A stretch of DNA of 63,897 bases, counting the filler, from Sandaracinaceae bacterium (GTDB taxonomy: Bacteria; Myxococcota_A; Polyangia; Polyangiales; JADJQN01), in assembly GCA_947483975.1 (NCBI GenBank). It is 6 parts of 6 records of this genome, joined end to end, with 100 filler letters (N's around TTAATTAATTAA, not from the genome) between each part and the next. Parts side by side here need not be neighbours in the genome. Positions count along the whole stretch, not along the records: positions 33,927 to 45,008 come from CANKOL010000153.1; positions 45,109 to 56,156 come from CANKOL010000154.1; 4 more parts are not named here. One strand, 5' to 3'. Of this stretch, positions 40,284 through 49,320 are shown piece by piece. Every line of letters begins with the position of its first letter. Position 1 is the stretch's first letter. Below the pieces are notes generated by a model. The model was not told the DNA's origin and did no database searches. It worked only from the letters and a program-made list of their open reading frames with translations. A program made the translations under genes and the position numbers.

Positions 40284-41017
40284 GGACGTACCTCGACCGT
40301 GCCGGAGTCGACGACTCGACCTGTCAGCTGCACGCGCGTGTCGACGTTCGTCACGCGCACCTGATCGCCCCGACGCCCCGGCTGCGCGACGATCCCCGGG
40401 GCGGTCGCGCGCACCGCTCCGACGATGACGACGATCTGCACGCGGGCGCCCGCGGCGATGATCGGCGGCGGGCACACGACGCGCGCCGAGATGAGCACGC
40501 GGGTCTCCACGGCGCCCACGGTCACGACGACGGGCGCCGTGACGCGACCGCTCGCGCGCGGCGTCGTCCCGAGCGAGGCGACCGTCGGCGTGCCCGCGGG
40601 CAGCAGCAGCGAAGGCGGCGCGTCGAGCTCGGTGAGCTCACAAGGCGAGAGCGACGCCTCGACCGCCGGGCGCACGAGGCGCTCGACCGCGTCCTGGTCG
40701 AGCCGACTCGCCTCGCGGCTGACGCGCGTGGTGCGCGGAATATCGAGACCGCGCGCGTCTCTACCCGCGGCGACCAGCGCCCGGCGCACGTCCGTCGCGC
40801 GCACGACGCGCGTCCCGCCGGGGACCGGAGCCGCGCCGAGGTCGAGCGCGCCGAGGTCCGTTCCAGCCAGCGCCGGCAGCACCTCGGCGAGCGTGATGCG
40901 GTCCGCCGTCTGCTGCGCCGACGCGATGGCCGGCGCGAGCAGCGCGGCGCCGAGGAGCACGGCAGCGACGGCTGTCCAAGCGGCGTGGGTCCGAGCTGCG
41001 CGGAGGGCGTACTTCAT
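40280..41017 (-). CDS. flgA: Flagellar P-ring formation chaperone
   Basis: Signal peptide; C-terminal G.RV.I..G..GD.VRV.N..T...G.V; lies between flgG and flgH. Confidence 0.85.
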   Translation of the reverse strand: MKYALRAARTHAAWTAVAAVLLGAALLAPAIASAQQTADRITLAEVLPALAGTDLGALDLGAAPVPGGTRVVRATDVRRALVAAGRDARGLDIPRTTRVSREASRLDQDAVERLVRPAVEASLSPCELTELDAPPSLLLPAGTPTVASLGTTPRASGRVTAPVVVTVGAVETRVLISARVVCPPPIIAAGARVQIVVIVGAVRATAPGIVAQPGRRGDQVRVTNVDTRVQLTGRVVDSGTVEVRP

Positions 41018-41029
41018 GAGCCCTGCAGG

Positions 41030-41045
41030 AGCACGCTGCGTGCCA
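41030..41045 (-). promoter_or_regulatory. Candidate sigma54 promoter for flgA-H-I-J
   Basis: Minus strand TGGCACG-CAGC-GTGCT (GG-N10-GC). Confidence 0.55.
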
Positions 41046-41143
41046 GATCCTTTTGCCCGGATCCATGGGCTTTTTCGAGGGGGCGTGGGTCCCGCGTGTC
41101 GGAGCGCCGACGCTCGCGGCGGAACCCTGACGCCCCGCCGACG

Positions 41144-41926
41144 TCAGCGCTCCGTCGCCTTCTGCAGCATTTGGTCGGCCGCGCTGATGACGCGCTGGTT
41201 GATCTCGTAGGCGCGCTGGCTCGCGATGAGGTCCATCATCTCGGAGACGACCTCGACGTTCGAGCCCTCGAGGAAGCCCTGCGCGACGGTCCCGATGCCC
41301 TCTTCGCCCGGCGCCGCGACGGTCGCCGCGCCGCTCGCGGCGGTCTCGGTGAAGAGCGAACGCCCGGTCTGGAGCAGGCCCGCCGGGTTCGCGAACGTCG
41401 CGAGCTGGAGCTGCCCAACCTCGACGGTCTGCGCGCTCCCGGGCTGCGTCACGGAGATGGTGCCGTCTGGTGCGATGGTGATGCCCGTCGAGTCCGTCGG
41501 GATCTGAATCGCGGGCTCGACGGGATATCCGTCCACCGTCACGAGGCGCCCCTCGGCGTCCGTCTTGAGGTTCCCAGCGCGCGTGTAGGCGAGCGTTCCG
41601 TCCGGGCGCTGCACCTGGAAGAAGCCCTTGCCCTCGATCGCGAGGTCGAGCGGATTGCCACTCTGCTGCATCGTGCCCTGCTCGAAGATCGTCGAGGTCG
41701 CGACGGTGCGCGTCCCTTGGCCGATCTGCAGGCCCGTCGGCAGCTGCCCGCCGCCCGCGGTCTGCCCGCCTGGCTGCCGGAGCGTCTGATAGAGCAGGTC
41801 CTGAAACTCCGCCCGACTCCTGCGAAAGCCTGCGGTGTTGACGTTGGCGACGTTGTTGGCGACGACGTCGATGTGGAGCTGCTGGGCAGCCATTCCCGTA
41901 GCCGCGGTGTTGAGCGCTCGGAGCAT
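41144..41926 (-). CDS. flgG: Flagellar distal rod protein
   Basis: AATGMAAQQ..ANNVANVNTAGFRRSRAEFQDLLYQ, DLAIEGKGFF, GFLEGSNV. Confidence 0.97.
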   Translation of the reverse strand: MLRALNTAATGMAAQQLHIDVVANNVANVNTAGFRRSRAEFQDLLYQTLRQPGGQTAGGGQLPTGLQIGQGTRTVATSTIFEQGTMQQSGNPLDLAIEGKGFFQVQRPDGTLAYTRAGNLKTDAEGRLVTVDGYPVEPAIQIPTDSTGITIAPDGTISVTQPGSAQTVEVGQLQLATFANPAGLLQTGRSLFTETAASGAATVAAPGEEGIGTVAQGFLEGSNVEVVSEMMDLIASQRAYEINQRVISAADQMLQKATER

Positions 41927-42010
41927 GGGCGTCCTCTTGTTTTCTGTGAAAGTGCCGAAGAGAAGGGGAGTGAAAGCGGGGCGTCGAGATCAGGAGCTGG
42001 GGAGTGCGAA

Positions 42011-42751
42011 TCAGCCGCGAGAGCCGATGTCGCGCGCGGTACGGTTGTCGAGATCGGCAAACGTCTTGATCACGCGCTGGAACGAATCGAAGAGTCGATT
42101 GATCGTGATGAGCTCGTTGAGCCCCGAGATCGGGTTGACGTTCGACTGCTCGAGCGAGCCCTGCACGACCTCCGTGTTCGGAGACGCGGGCTGCGGAGCC
42201 GCGACGGTCATGAAGCGCGACTCGCCCTCTTTGCCGACCGTCGCCGGGTCCGCGAAGCTGACGATCCGGACGCGCCCGACGGGCTCGCCGTCCGCGCTGA
42301 CCGTCCCGTCGGGCCCCACCGTGACGTCCCGCGCGCCCGTGGGAATGCGGATGCGAGCGTTCGGGCCGCCCTCGGCCACGACCTCGATTCCGTCCGAGGT
42401 GCGGAGCACGCCATCAGCGCCCGGCGTGAACGAACCGGCGCGCGTGTAGCGCTCGCCCTGCGGCGCGGCGAGCACGAAGAAGCCGTCTCCGTTGAGCGCG
42501 AGATCGTAGGGATTGCCAGTCGTCGCGAGGGCCCCAGGGGCGGTATCCGTCGTGATTCGCTCGGCGACGACGTAGCGCATGGACGCCGGCTGCGCGGTGC
42601 GCGCGCCTGCCTGCGCGAGCGCCTCGTCGAAGGCGACGCGGTCGGCGCGAAAGCCGACGGTGTTCGCGTTCGCGACGTTGTTCGCCGTGACGTCGAGCGC
42701 GCGCTGTTGCGCGACCGCCCCGCTGAGCGCGCTGTAAATACCGTGCGACAT
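42011..42751 (-). CDS. flgF: Flagellar proximal rod protein
   Basis: IYSALSG..ANNVANANTVGF, TGNPYDLAL.GDGFF, YTRAGSF, QGSLEQSNV. Confidence 0.9.
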   Translation of the reverse strand: MSHGIYSALSGAVAQQRALDVTANNVANANTVGFRADRVAFDEALAQAGARTAQPASMRYVVAERITTDTAPGALATTGNPYDLALNGDGFFVLAAPQGERYTRAGSFTPGADGVLRTSDGIEVVAEGGPNARIRIPTGARDVTVGPDGTVSADGEPVGRVRIVSFADPATVGKEGESRFMTVAAPQPASPNTEVVQGSLEQSNVNPISGLNELITINRLFDSFQRVIKTFADLDNRTARDIGSRG

Positions 42752-42754
42752 CGT

Positions 42755-43504
42755 CTACTCCTCCATGTGGGCGCGCAGGCGCACCGTCGCGTCGCCGAGG
42801 ATCTGGCAGACGCGGCTCTCGGTGACGCCGAGGATCTTGCCGATCTCCGACTGAGTGCACTCCTCCTGGTAATAGAGCGCGAGCACTTGCTGCTGCCGCT
42901 GCGGGAGCTTGCCGAGCGCGGCGAGCAGCAGCGCGCGCACCTCCGTGCCGAGCACGAGGTCGGCGGGCCCATCGAGGCCGCTGCGCACGCCGTCGGGATC
43001 TTCGCCGAGTCGGCCGAGCGCCGGACCGCGCGCGAGGTCTTCCGCGAGCTTCTGATAGTCCTCGAGCGAGAGGCCGAGCTCGGCCGCGATCTCGTCCTCC
43101 TCCGGGGAGCGCCCGAGGCGCTGCTCGAGCTTCCGAACGGCACGCGCGGTCTCGGTGAGCCGCCGGCGCCCATGCCGCGTCATCACGTCCGAGGTGCGCA
43201 ATTCATCGAGGATCGCGCCGCGCACGCGGGCGTCCAGGTACGCCTCGAACGAGGGCGCGCGGGCCGCGTCCCAGGCGTCGATCGCCTTCAACATCCCCTC
43301 GCTGCCGGCGCCGATCAGGTCCCCGACGTCGACGTTCGGGGGCAGCCGCCGGGCGAGCCGAAAGGCGACCCGACGCACGATCGGAAGGCCGACCGCGATG
43401 AGCTCTTCACGCGACGGTCGGGCGACGACCGGCGGTAGGGGCGTCGTACGATCGGTCGGCGCCGAAGGCGCACCCGACTCCTCGGACGACGCGTCGCTCA
43501 GCAT
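42755..43504 (-). CDS. fliA: Flagellar sigma factor sigma28
   Basis: RLPPNVDVGDLIGAG, RVRGAILDELR, LYYQEE..EIGKILGVTESRVCQI. Confidence 0.93.
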   Translation of the reverse strand: MLSDASSEESGAPSAPTDRTTPLPPVVARPSREELIAVGLPIVRRVAFRLARRLPPNVDVGDLIGAGSEGMLKAIDAWDAARAPSFEAYLDARVRGAILDELRTSDVMTRHGRRRLTETARAVRKLEQRLGRSPEEDEIAAELGLSLEDYQKLAEDLARGPALGRLGEDPDGVRSGLDGPADLVLGTEVRALLLAALGKLPQRQQQVLALYYQEECTQSEIGKILGVTESRVCQILGDATVRLRAHMEE

Positions 43505-44364
43505 GGGACCATCTCGCGTGGCGCAGGCGCAAGCCTCCGGGCGACATCGCGCAGCACGCGCGCGGGCTGGCTCTCGGGGGCGCCGATGACGAACGGGAGG
43601 CCCGCGCCGACGGCGCGCCGCACGACCTCGTCGCGGCGCAAGCCGCCGAGGTAGTCCAGCTCGAGATCGAGGAAGCGCTCGACGATCCCCGCGAGCCGCG
43701 CGTGCACCTCGCGTCCCTCCTGATCGCTGCCGACCTGGTTGGCGACGACGCCGACCCGCTCGACCCCGCCCCGACGGTGCAGGACCTTCGCCATCGCGTA
43801 CGCGTCCCGCAGCGAGGTCGGATCCGGCGTGACGACGATGATGACCTCGTCCGCGAGCGCCGCGAAGGCCACCGAGTTGGAGCCTAGCCCGGCGCCAGTG
43901 TCGACGACGAGGACGTCGAAGTCCTTGGCGATCGCGTCGACGGCGGCCACGAGGCGATCGCGCTCTGCGCCGCCGAGGTTCGCCATCTCGTAGCGACCCG
44001 GACACGCAGGCAGGAGCATCACGCCCGCCGGTCCCTCGACGAGCACCTCGCTCGCCGGCACGCCGCGCTCGAGCAGCGCCATCAGGTCCGAGCGCGGCGT
44101 GACGCCGAGCACGAGGTCCTGACTGGCGAGCCCGAGGTCCGCGTCGAGCACGAGCACGCGATGCCCTTGGCGGGCGAGCGCGACCGCGAGGTTCGCCGCG
44201 ACCTGCGTCTTGCCGACGCCGCCCTTGCCGCTCGTCACCGCGATGGAGCGCCTGGCCGAGAACGTGGCGCGCCTCTCGGGCGCCCCCGGCCGGAGCGGCT
44301 GATCCGTCTGCCCACGGGCTGCGAACAGGCGCAGTCCCTCTGCTTGGTCGCCGCTGGTCATCAT
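43498..44364 (-). CDS. flhG: MinD-like flagellar number regulator
   Basis: DQAEGLR N-terminal motif; SGKGGVGKT, DADLGL, DTGAG, TPDPTSLRDAYA. Confidence 0.92.
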   Translation of the reverse strand: MMTSGDQAEGLRLFAARGQTDQPLRPGAPERRATFSARRSIAVTSGKGGVGKTQVAANLAVALARQGHRVLVLDADLGLASQDLVLGVTPRSDLMALLERGVPASEVLVEGPAGVMLLPACPGRYEMANLGGAERDRLVAAVDAIAKDFDVLVVDTGAGLGSNSVAFAALADEVIIVVTPDPTSLRDAYAMAKVLHRRGGVERVGVVANQVGSDQEGREVHARLAGIVERFLDLELDYLGGLRRDEVVRRAVGAGLPFVIGAPESQPARVLRDVARRLAPAPREMVPC

Positions 44365-45008
44365 GCCTCCACTTCCTCGCTGCAAAGCAAGCTGGAGAGC
44401 CGCTCGGCAGAAGCCACTTCGATATCCTCGGGGACGCGCTGCCCCGTCGTTAGCCAGGCGAGCGGGAGGCCGCTCGCGACGTGCGCGCCGACGACCCCGC
44501 CGGCGTCGACCGCCTCGTCGATCTTGGTGACCGTGAGCCGCACGGGCGAGAGCGGCGCCAGGCGCGCGATCGCGCGGTCGCGCTCGGCCGGGCGCATCGC
44601 CGCGGACAGACAGAGGTGCACGAAGATGGGCTCACCCGCGACCTCGAGCGCCTCGCCGAGGCGCGCGATGGCGGCCGCGTCGCCCGGCGCGCGACCTTCG
44701 GTGTCGACGAGCACGAGGTCTGCCCAGCCGAGCTCGGCGAGCGCCGCGGACAGGCTCGCGCCGTCCCAGGCGTGGCGCACGGGCACTCCGATGAGATCTG
44801 CGTAGCGCTCGAGTTGCTCGGCCGCGCCGACGCGGAAGTGGTCCATGCCGACGAGCGCGACGCGGCGTCCTTCGACGAGCGCGGCGTGCGCGGCGAGCTT
44901 GGCGACGGTCGTCGTCTTGCCCACGCCCGTGGGACCGACGAGCGTGACGACGCGCGTCTCGCGGAGCCCCGAGGGTGCGAAGAGCATCCGCTCGCGCAGC
45001 ACCGGGGC
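44361..45008 (-). CDS. flhF: SRP-like GTPase FlhF, 5' truncated
   Basis: GPTGVGKTTTVAKLAA, GAAEQL, DTEG, TKIDE, TTGQRVPEDI. Confidence 0.92.
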   Translation of the reverse strand, partial: APVLRERMLFAPSGLRETRVVTLVGPTGVGKTTTVAKLAAHAALVEGRRVALVGMDHFRVGAAEQLERYADLIGVPVRHAWDGASLSAALAELGWADLVLVDTEGRAPGDAAAIARLGEALEVAGEPIFVHLCLSAAMRPAERDRAIARLAPLSPVRLTVTKIDEAVDAGGVVGAHVASGLPLAWLTTGQRVPEDIEVASAERLSSLLCSEEVEA

Positions 45009-45108
45009 NNNNNNNNNNNNNNNNNNNNNNNNNNNNNNNNNNNNNNNNNNNNTTAATTAATTAANNNNNNNNNNNNNNNNNNNNNNNNNNNNNNNNNNNN
45101 NNNNNNNN
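45009..45108. other. Artificial contig spacer
   Basis: N run with TTAATTAATTAA. Confidence 0.99.
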
Positions 45109-45228
45109 CGGCAAGAGCGAGCGCGCGACGGGGTCCTCGACGGGCGTCTGCGCGGGCGAGGCGAGCGTCGCGAGCCCGCGGGCGAACGCGACGACCTCCG
45201 CGGTGAAGCTCGCGCGGCCTGCGCGCAT
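45109..45228 (-). CDS. N-terminus of a probable class I SAM methyltransferase (LCM-like), truncated
   Basis: MRAGRASFTAEVVAFAR..DPVARSLLP; TGATG coupling to the upstream gene. Confidence 0.55.
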
Positions 45229-46337
45229 CAGCGGGCTCCGCTCGAAGGTTCGACCGCGTCGACGGCCGCCGCGTCGTTGCAGTGAATCGCCGCGAGCATC
45301 CCGCACGCGGCGTGCCGCGCGCTGCCGCCCGAGTAGCGCCGCACGAGCGGCACCTGAAGCGCGCCGAGCCGATCGAGGAACGCTTTGAGCTCCAAGGGAT
45401 CGGCGCGACGAAAGCCGCCCTCGCGCGGGTCGTTGACGTCGATCAGGTTCACGCGCAGCCGCAGATCACCGAGCAGCGCGCCGAGCGCCTCGACCTCGTC
45501 GACGCCCGTGTTGACGCCCGCCATCACGACCCACGCGACCGTGACGCGCCCCTTCGCGACGGCGGCGTACTCGCGCAGCGCGGAGGCGAGGTCCTCGAGC
45601 GCGAAGTTCCCCGCGACGGGCAGCAGGCTGCGGCGCTTCTCGGCGAGCGCGCTCGTCAGCGAGACGATCAGCCGGAAGCGATGCCCTTCCCGCGCGAAGC
45701 GGCGGATCTGCGGGACGAGCCCCACCGTGCTGATCGTGATGGCGTCCGCCGAGATGCGCCCGCCGCACGGATCGCTGAGCACCTGCGCCGCGCGGATCAC
45801 GGCGTCGTAGTTGTGAAACGGCTCGCCCTGCCCCTGGAACACGACGCCGCCGACGCGCCCCGGCGCCTCGTCGCGCACCTGCAGGAGCGCGTCGACCATC
45901 TCCCAAGCCTCGAGGTTGCGCGTGAGCCCGAGGCGCCCCGTCGCGCAGAAGACGCAGCCCATCGCGCAGCCGACCTGCGACGAGAGGCACACCGTGAAGC
46001 GCCCCGGCGCGAGCAGCGGGATGCGCACCGCCTCGGTGAGCGCGCCGTCCGGCGAGCGGAACAGGTACTTCACGAAGCCGTCGGCGTCGTCGGTCACGCG
46101 CTCGACGAGCGTCAGGCGCGCGAAGGAGAGCGTCGCCTCGAGGGCGCTCACGGTCGCGCGCGCGATCGGGCGGCGCGTCGGCGGGCGAGTGCCCGGCAGA
46201 TACGAGAGGTGCTGCGCGAGGTAGCGGCGCGACTCGTCGTCACGGAGCGTGACCCCGTGCGCCGTCGCGTGCGCGACGAGGTCTTGCGGGCGCATACCGA
46301 AGAGGTGCGGGAGCTCGGTCACAGGCGGGCGGTGCAT
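45228..46337 (-). CDS. RlmN/Cfr-family radical SAM RNA methyltransferase (variant motif)
   Basis: CLSSQVGCAMGCVFCATG, RNL, QGQGEP, ITISTVG, AACG. Confidence 0.88.
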   Translation of the reverse strand: MHRPPVTELPHLFGMRPQDLVAHATAHGVTLRDDESRRYLAQHLSYLPGTRPPTRRPIARATVSALEATLSFARLTLVERVTDDADGFVKYLFRSPDGALTEAVRIPLLAPGRFTVCLSSQVGCAMGCVFCATGRLGLTRNLEAWEMVDALLQVRDEAPGRVGGVVFQGQGEPFHNYDAVIRAAQVLSDPCGGRISADAITISTVGLVPQIRRFAREGHRFRLIVSLTSALAEKRRSLLPVAGNFALEDLASALREYAAVAKGRVTVAWVVMAGVNTGVDEVEALGALLGDLRLRVNLIDVNDPREGGFRRADPLELKAFLDRLGALQVPLVRRYSGGSARHAACGMLAAIHCNDAAAVDAVEPSSGAR

Positions 46338-46389
46338 GTACCCGGACGCCGCGCGCTGCGCCAATCGGGGGCCGCGCTAGGCTGTGCGC

Positions 46390-47055
46390 ATGAGCCGCCC
46401 CCGCACCCCGCGCTCTCCGCGCGCCACTCAGAAGCTCGTCATCCGCGCGTTCGAGCCGAGCGACGCCGAGGCGCTCGCGCGCATGATGCAGCAGCCGTCC
46501 GTGATCGCCGGGACTTGCCGCACGCCGCACGAGTCCGTCGCGACGAACGCGGCGCGCTTTCTCGCGGACGACCCGCTGCGCCGCTCGCTCGTCGCGACCC
46601 TCGACGAGCGCGTCGTCGGGCACCTCGCGCTGCACCTGCACAAGCCCGGGCGCTGCCGCCACGCGGCGTCCCTCGGCATGATGGTGGACGAGAATCATCA
46701 GGGTCGCGGCGTCGGCAGCGCGCTGCTCGACGAGGCGATCGCGCTCGCCGAGCGCTGGCTGCACGTGCTGCGGCTCGAGCTCGAGGTGCACGTCGACAAC
46801 ACGCGCGCGCTCCGCCTCTACGGCTCGCGCGGCTTCAGCATCGAGGGCGTCGCGCGGGCGCACACGCTGCGCGACGGGATGCTGATCGACGCGTTCCGCA
46901 TGGCGCGCCTCGGCGCGGCGCTGCCCTACCCGCGCCTGACCGCCGAGGAGGCTGCCTCGCGCACGCCTCCCGCGCTGCCGCGCACGCCGCAGCCGCCGCG
47001 CCGCCCCAAGGGCGGCACCGGAGGCGGCTGGGGGACGCGCGGCGGGCAGGCGTAG
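46390..47055 (+). CDS. GNAT acetyltransferase (YhhY-like)
   Basis: HQGRGVGSAL, RLELEVHVDNTRALRLY..GF.IEG. Confidence 0.9.
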   Translation: MSRPRTPRSPRATQKLVIRAFEPSDAEALARMMQQPSVIAGTCRTPHESVATNAARFLADDPLRRSLVATLDERVVGHLALHLHKPGRCRHAASLGMMVDENHQGRGVGSALLDEAIALAERWLHVLRLELEVHVDNTRALRLYGSRGFSIEGVARAHTLRDGMLIDAFRMARLGAALPYPRLTAEEAASRTPPALPRTPQPPRRPKGGTGGGWGTRGGQA

Positions 47056-49203
47056 TCACGGAGTGCAGGAGTTGACGAACGGGTCCGTGAAGCCGCCCGG
47101 CGTATTGAACAGCGTGACGTCGGCGTAGGGCTGCACGAACGTCGGGATGCCGAGGAAGCCGAATTCCACTGCATCCGCGCGGATCGCGACGCAGCTGTTG
47201 GACACGAGCGTATTGAACCAAGGCTGCTGGTAATACGCCTGCACGCGCTCGGCGTGGCCGTAATAGGCGGGGATGAGCAGCCCCGGGATCTCGGGGAAGA
47301 TCGGCGGGGGCGAGGCGATGCCGGTGAAGTCGGGGCTGAGCACGAGCGGCATCCGAATCGCCGGCTCGCCTGGAGCCGGCGTGTAGAGGTTGGCCGACAC
47401 CGGGAGCCAGGCGCCCGAGCCGGTCACGTAGAGTCCGCGGGTCGGCGTGCCGAGCGCGGAGCCGCGGCTGACGTCGAGGATCAGCGTCGACGGGCGGAAG
47501 CCGGTGTCCTCGACGACCCACGAGAAGCTGCCCGAGCTGCCCCCGCGGGTCGCCTTCGCACGCTCGACCATATCCGTCGCGATGTCCACCGCGGCGAGGT
47601 AGACGTCGCTCGGGACGCCCGTCTGCGCGGCGATCTCCTCCGCGAGGTAGTTGATCCCCTTGTCCACGAGCTGATCGAAGTTGGGGAGTGTGGGCGGGAG
47701 TCCCATCGCGACGAGCGCGTACTCAGCGGCCATCTGCACGAGGGAGTGACACCACGCGGGACAGCCGACGATCCCGTCGAGCGCGTACGCGACGAGATCG
47801 ACCGCGATGCCCTTGATCGCCTCGTAGAGCGCGGCGATGGTGTTGACCGCTTGGGCGACGGCGTCGATGAAGCCAGTGACGGCGTCCGAGAAGCCCGACA
47901 CGAGGTCGTCGAAGAAGCTCGAGTCACCGCCTGTCGGGGGCCAGTGACAGAACGACTCCCCCGGCAACATCGTGTAGCCGCCGGGGTGATAGCCCGTCGC
48001 GACGATGTTCCAGGCGAGCGGATCGTGCGAGAAGATCGGGTCGACGCCGAGCACCGGCAGGGTCTTGGGCGTGACGACGGTGTAGCAGACGGCGCCGAGC
48101 ATCGGCTCGACCCACGGCCCGCTGCCGTGGTCGTAGGTGCCAGTCAGGCGCGTCGGCGGACCGCCGATCATGATGGGAGTCTCCTCGGGCACGACGACCA
48201 CGAGCTCGACCCACGAGCCGATGCCGTAGAGGAGCGGATCGCAGAGCTTCGTGTCGGTCTGCACGGGCACGGCGCGCACGTAGAGCGGCGCGTGGTGATA
48301 GCGGATCTGCTCCCAGCGCGCGCGGACGAGCGCGTCGGCGCCGGCGGGGGGCGCGGCGAGCACCGTCTCGAGGTCGACGTCCGCCTCGTTGACCGTCGCC
48401 ACCGAGTTCCAGACGCGCCGCGTGTGCAGGAGCCCCTGCGGCGGCGCGCACGCAAGCTCGGGCGAGAGCTGATCGACGTCGAAGCGCTCGGTCGCAAATT
48501 GCAGATCGAAGCCGCTGACGCCTGCGAGCGCGGTGCTCCAGCGAAAGCGGCGCGACATCGCGTCGGTGCGCACGAAGTCGCGCGAGACCCAGTGTTCGCC
48601 GTCGGCGCGGGTGCCGCGCACCTCGAGGTGAGAGCGCACCGCGACCGCGTCGAAGCGCGCGGCCGGGCCGCCCGGCGTCAGCAACCCGGCGCGCGGACCG
48701 CGCCAGTCGAGCGCGCCAGCCGCGGGGTCATCGACGTCGACGCCGATCTGATAGAGGTCCGCCTCGACGAGGTCTGGAATCTGAAACGTGAACACGCGCG
48801 GATCGGCGGTCGCGGAGACGACCGCGGGCAAGATCACGGCGGGCGGCGGCGCGGGGGTCGCGACGGTGCGCGAGCCGACGAAGGGCGCGGGAATGCGGCG
48901 CGCGCGCACGTGGATGGTGTCCAGCGTCGGCACGATGCCGAGGAAATTCAGCTCGCCCGCGAGCGGCGCCGTCGGGCGCGGACCGGCGTCGAAGGGGCCG
49001 AGGTCGACGCGTCCCAGGTCCACGCGTCCAAGATCCACTGGCCCGAGGTCGACGACGCCGAAGTCGACGACGCCGTCGAGGCGCCCGGCGTCGGGCTTCG
49101 CGGCGGACGAACCGCAGCCCAGGCACGCTGCCGACGACACGAATCCCAACGCGAAGCAGAACGCCGCGCGTCGAGCGACCGTGCGGATGTCGCGCGAAAA
49201 CAT
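47056..49203 (-). CDS. Hypothetical lipoprotein with a D-x-G pentapeptide linker
   Basis: Signal ending CLGC; repeats DFGVV/DLGPV/DLGRV/DLGRV/DLGPF; GC3-biased long ORF. Confidence 0.7.
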   Translation of the reverse strand: MFSRDIRTVARRAAFCFALGFVSSAACLGCGSSAAKPDAGRLDGVVDFGVVDLGPVDLGRVDLGRVDLGPFDAGPRPTAPLAGELNFLGIVPTLDTIHVRARRIPAPFVGSRTVATPAPPPAVILPAVVSATADPRVFTFQIPDLVEADLYQIGVDVDDPAAGALDWRGPRAGLLTPGGPAARFDAVAVRSHLEVRGTRADGEHWVSRDFVRTDAMSRRFRWSTALAGVSGFDLQFATERFDVDQLSPELACAPPQGLLHTRRVWNSVATVNEADVDLETVLAAPPAGADALVRARWEQIRYHHAPLYVRAVPVQTDTKLCDPLLYGIGSWVELVVVVPEETPIMIGGPPTRLTGTYDHGSGPWVEPMLGAVCYTVVTPKTLPVLGVDPIFSHDPLAWNIVATGYHPGGYTMLPGESFCHWPPTGGDSSFFDDLVSGFSDAVTGFIDAVAQAVNTIAALYEAIKGIAVDLVAYALDGIVGCPAWCHSLVQMAAEYALVAMGLPPTLPNFDQLVDKGINYLAEEIAAQTGVPSDVYLAAVDIATDMVERAKATRGGSSGSFSWVVEDTGFRPSTLILDVSRGSALGTPTRGLYVTGSGAWLPVSANLYTPAPGEPAIRMPLVLSPDFTGIASPPPIFPEIPGLLIPAYYGHAERVQAYYQQPWFNTLVSNSCVAIRADAVEFGFLGIPTFVQPYADVTLFNTPGGFTDPFVNSCTP

Positions 49204-49320
49204 GAATTCCCCGCCCCTCTCTGCGCGCAACAGGCACTCCGCTCGCAGGCGAGCGACGTGACCATCCTGCGCGCGAAGGCAAGTAGCCACGCGCTCCGGC
49301 GCCGCAACCAGCCGGTCGGC

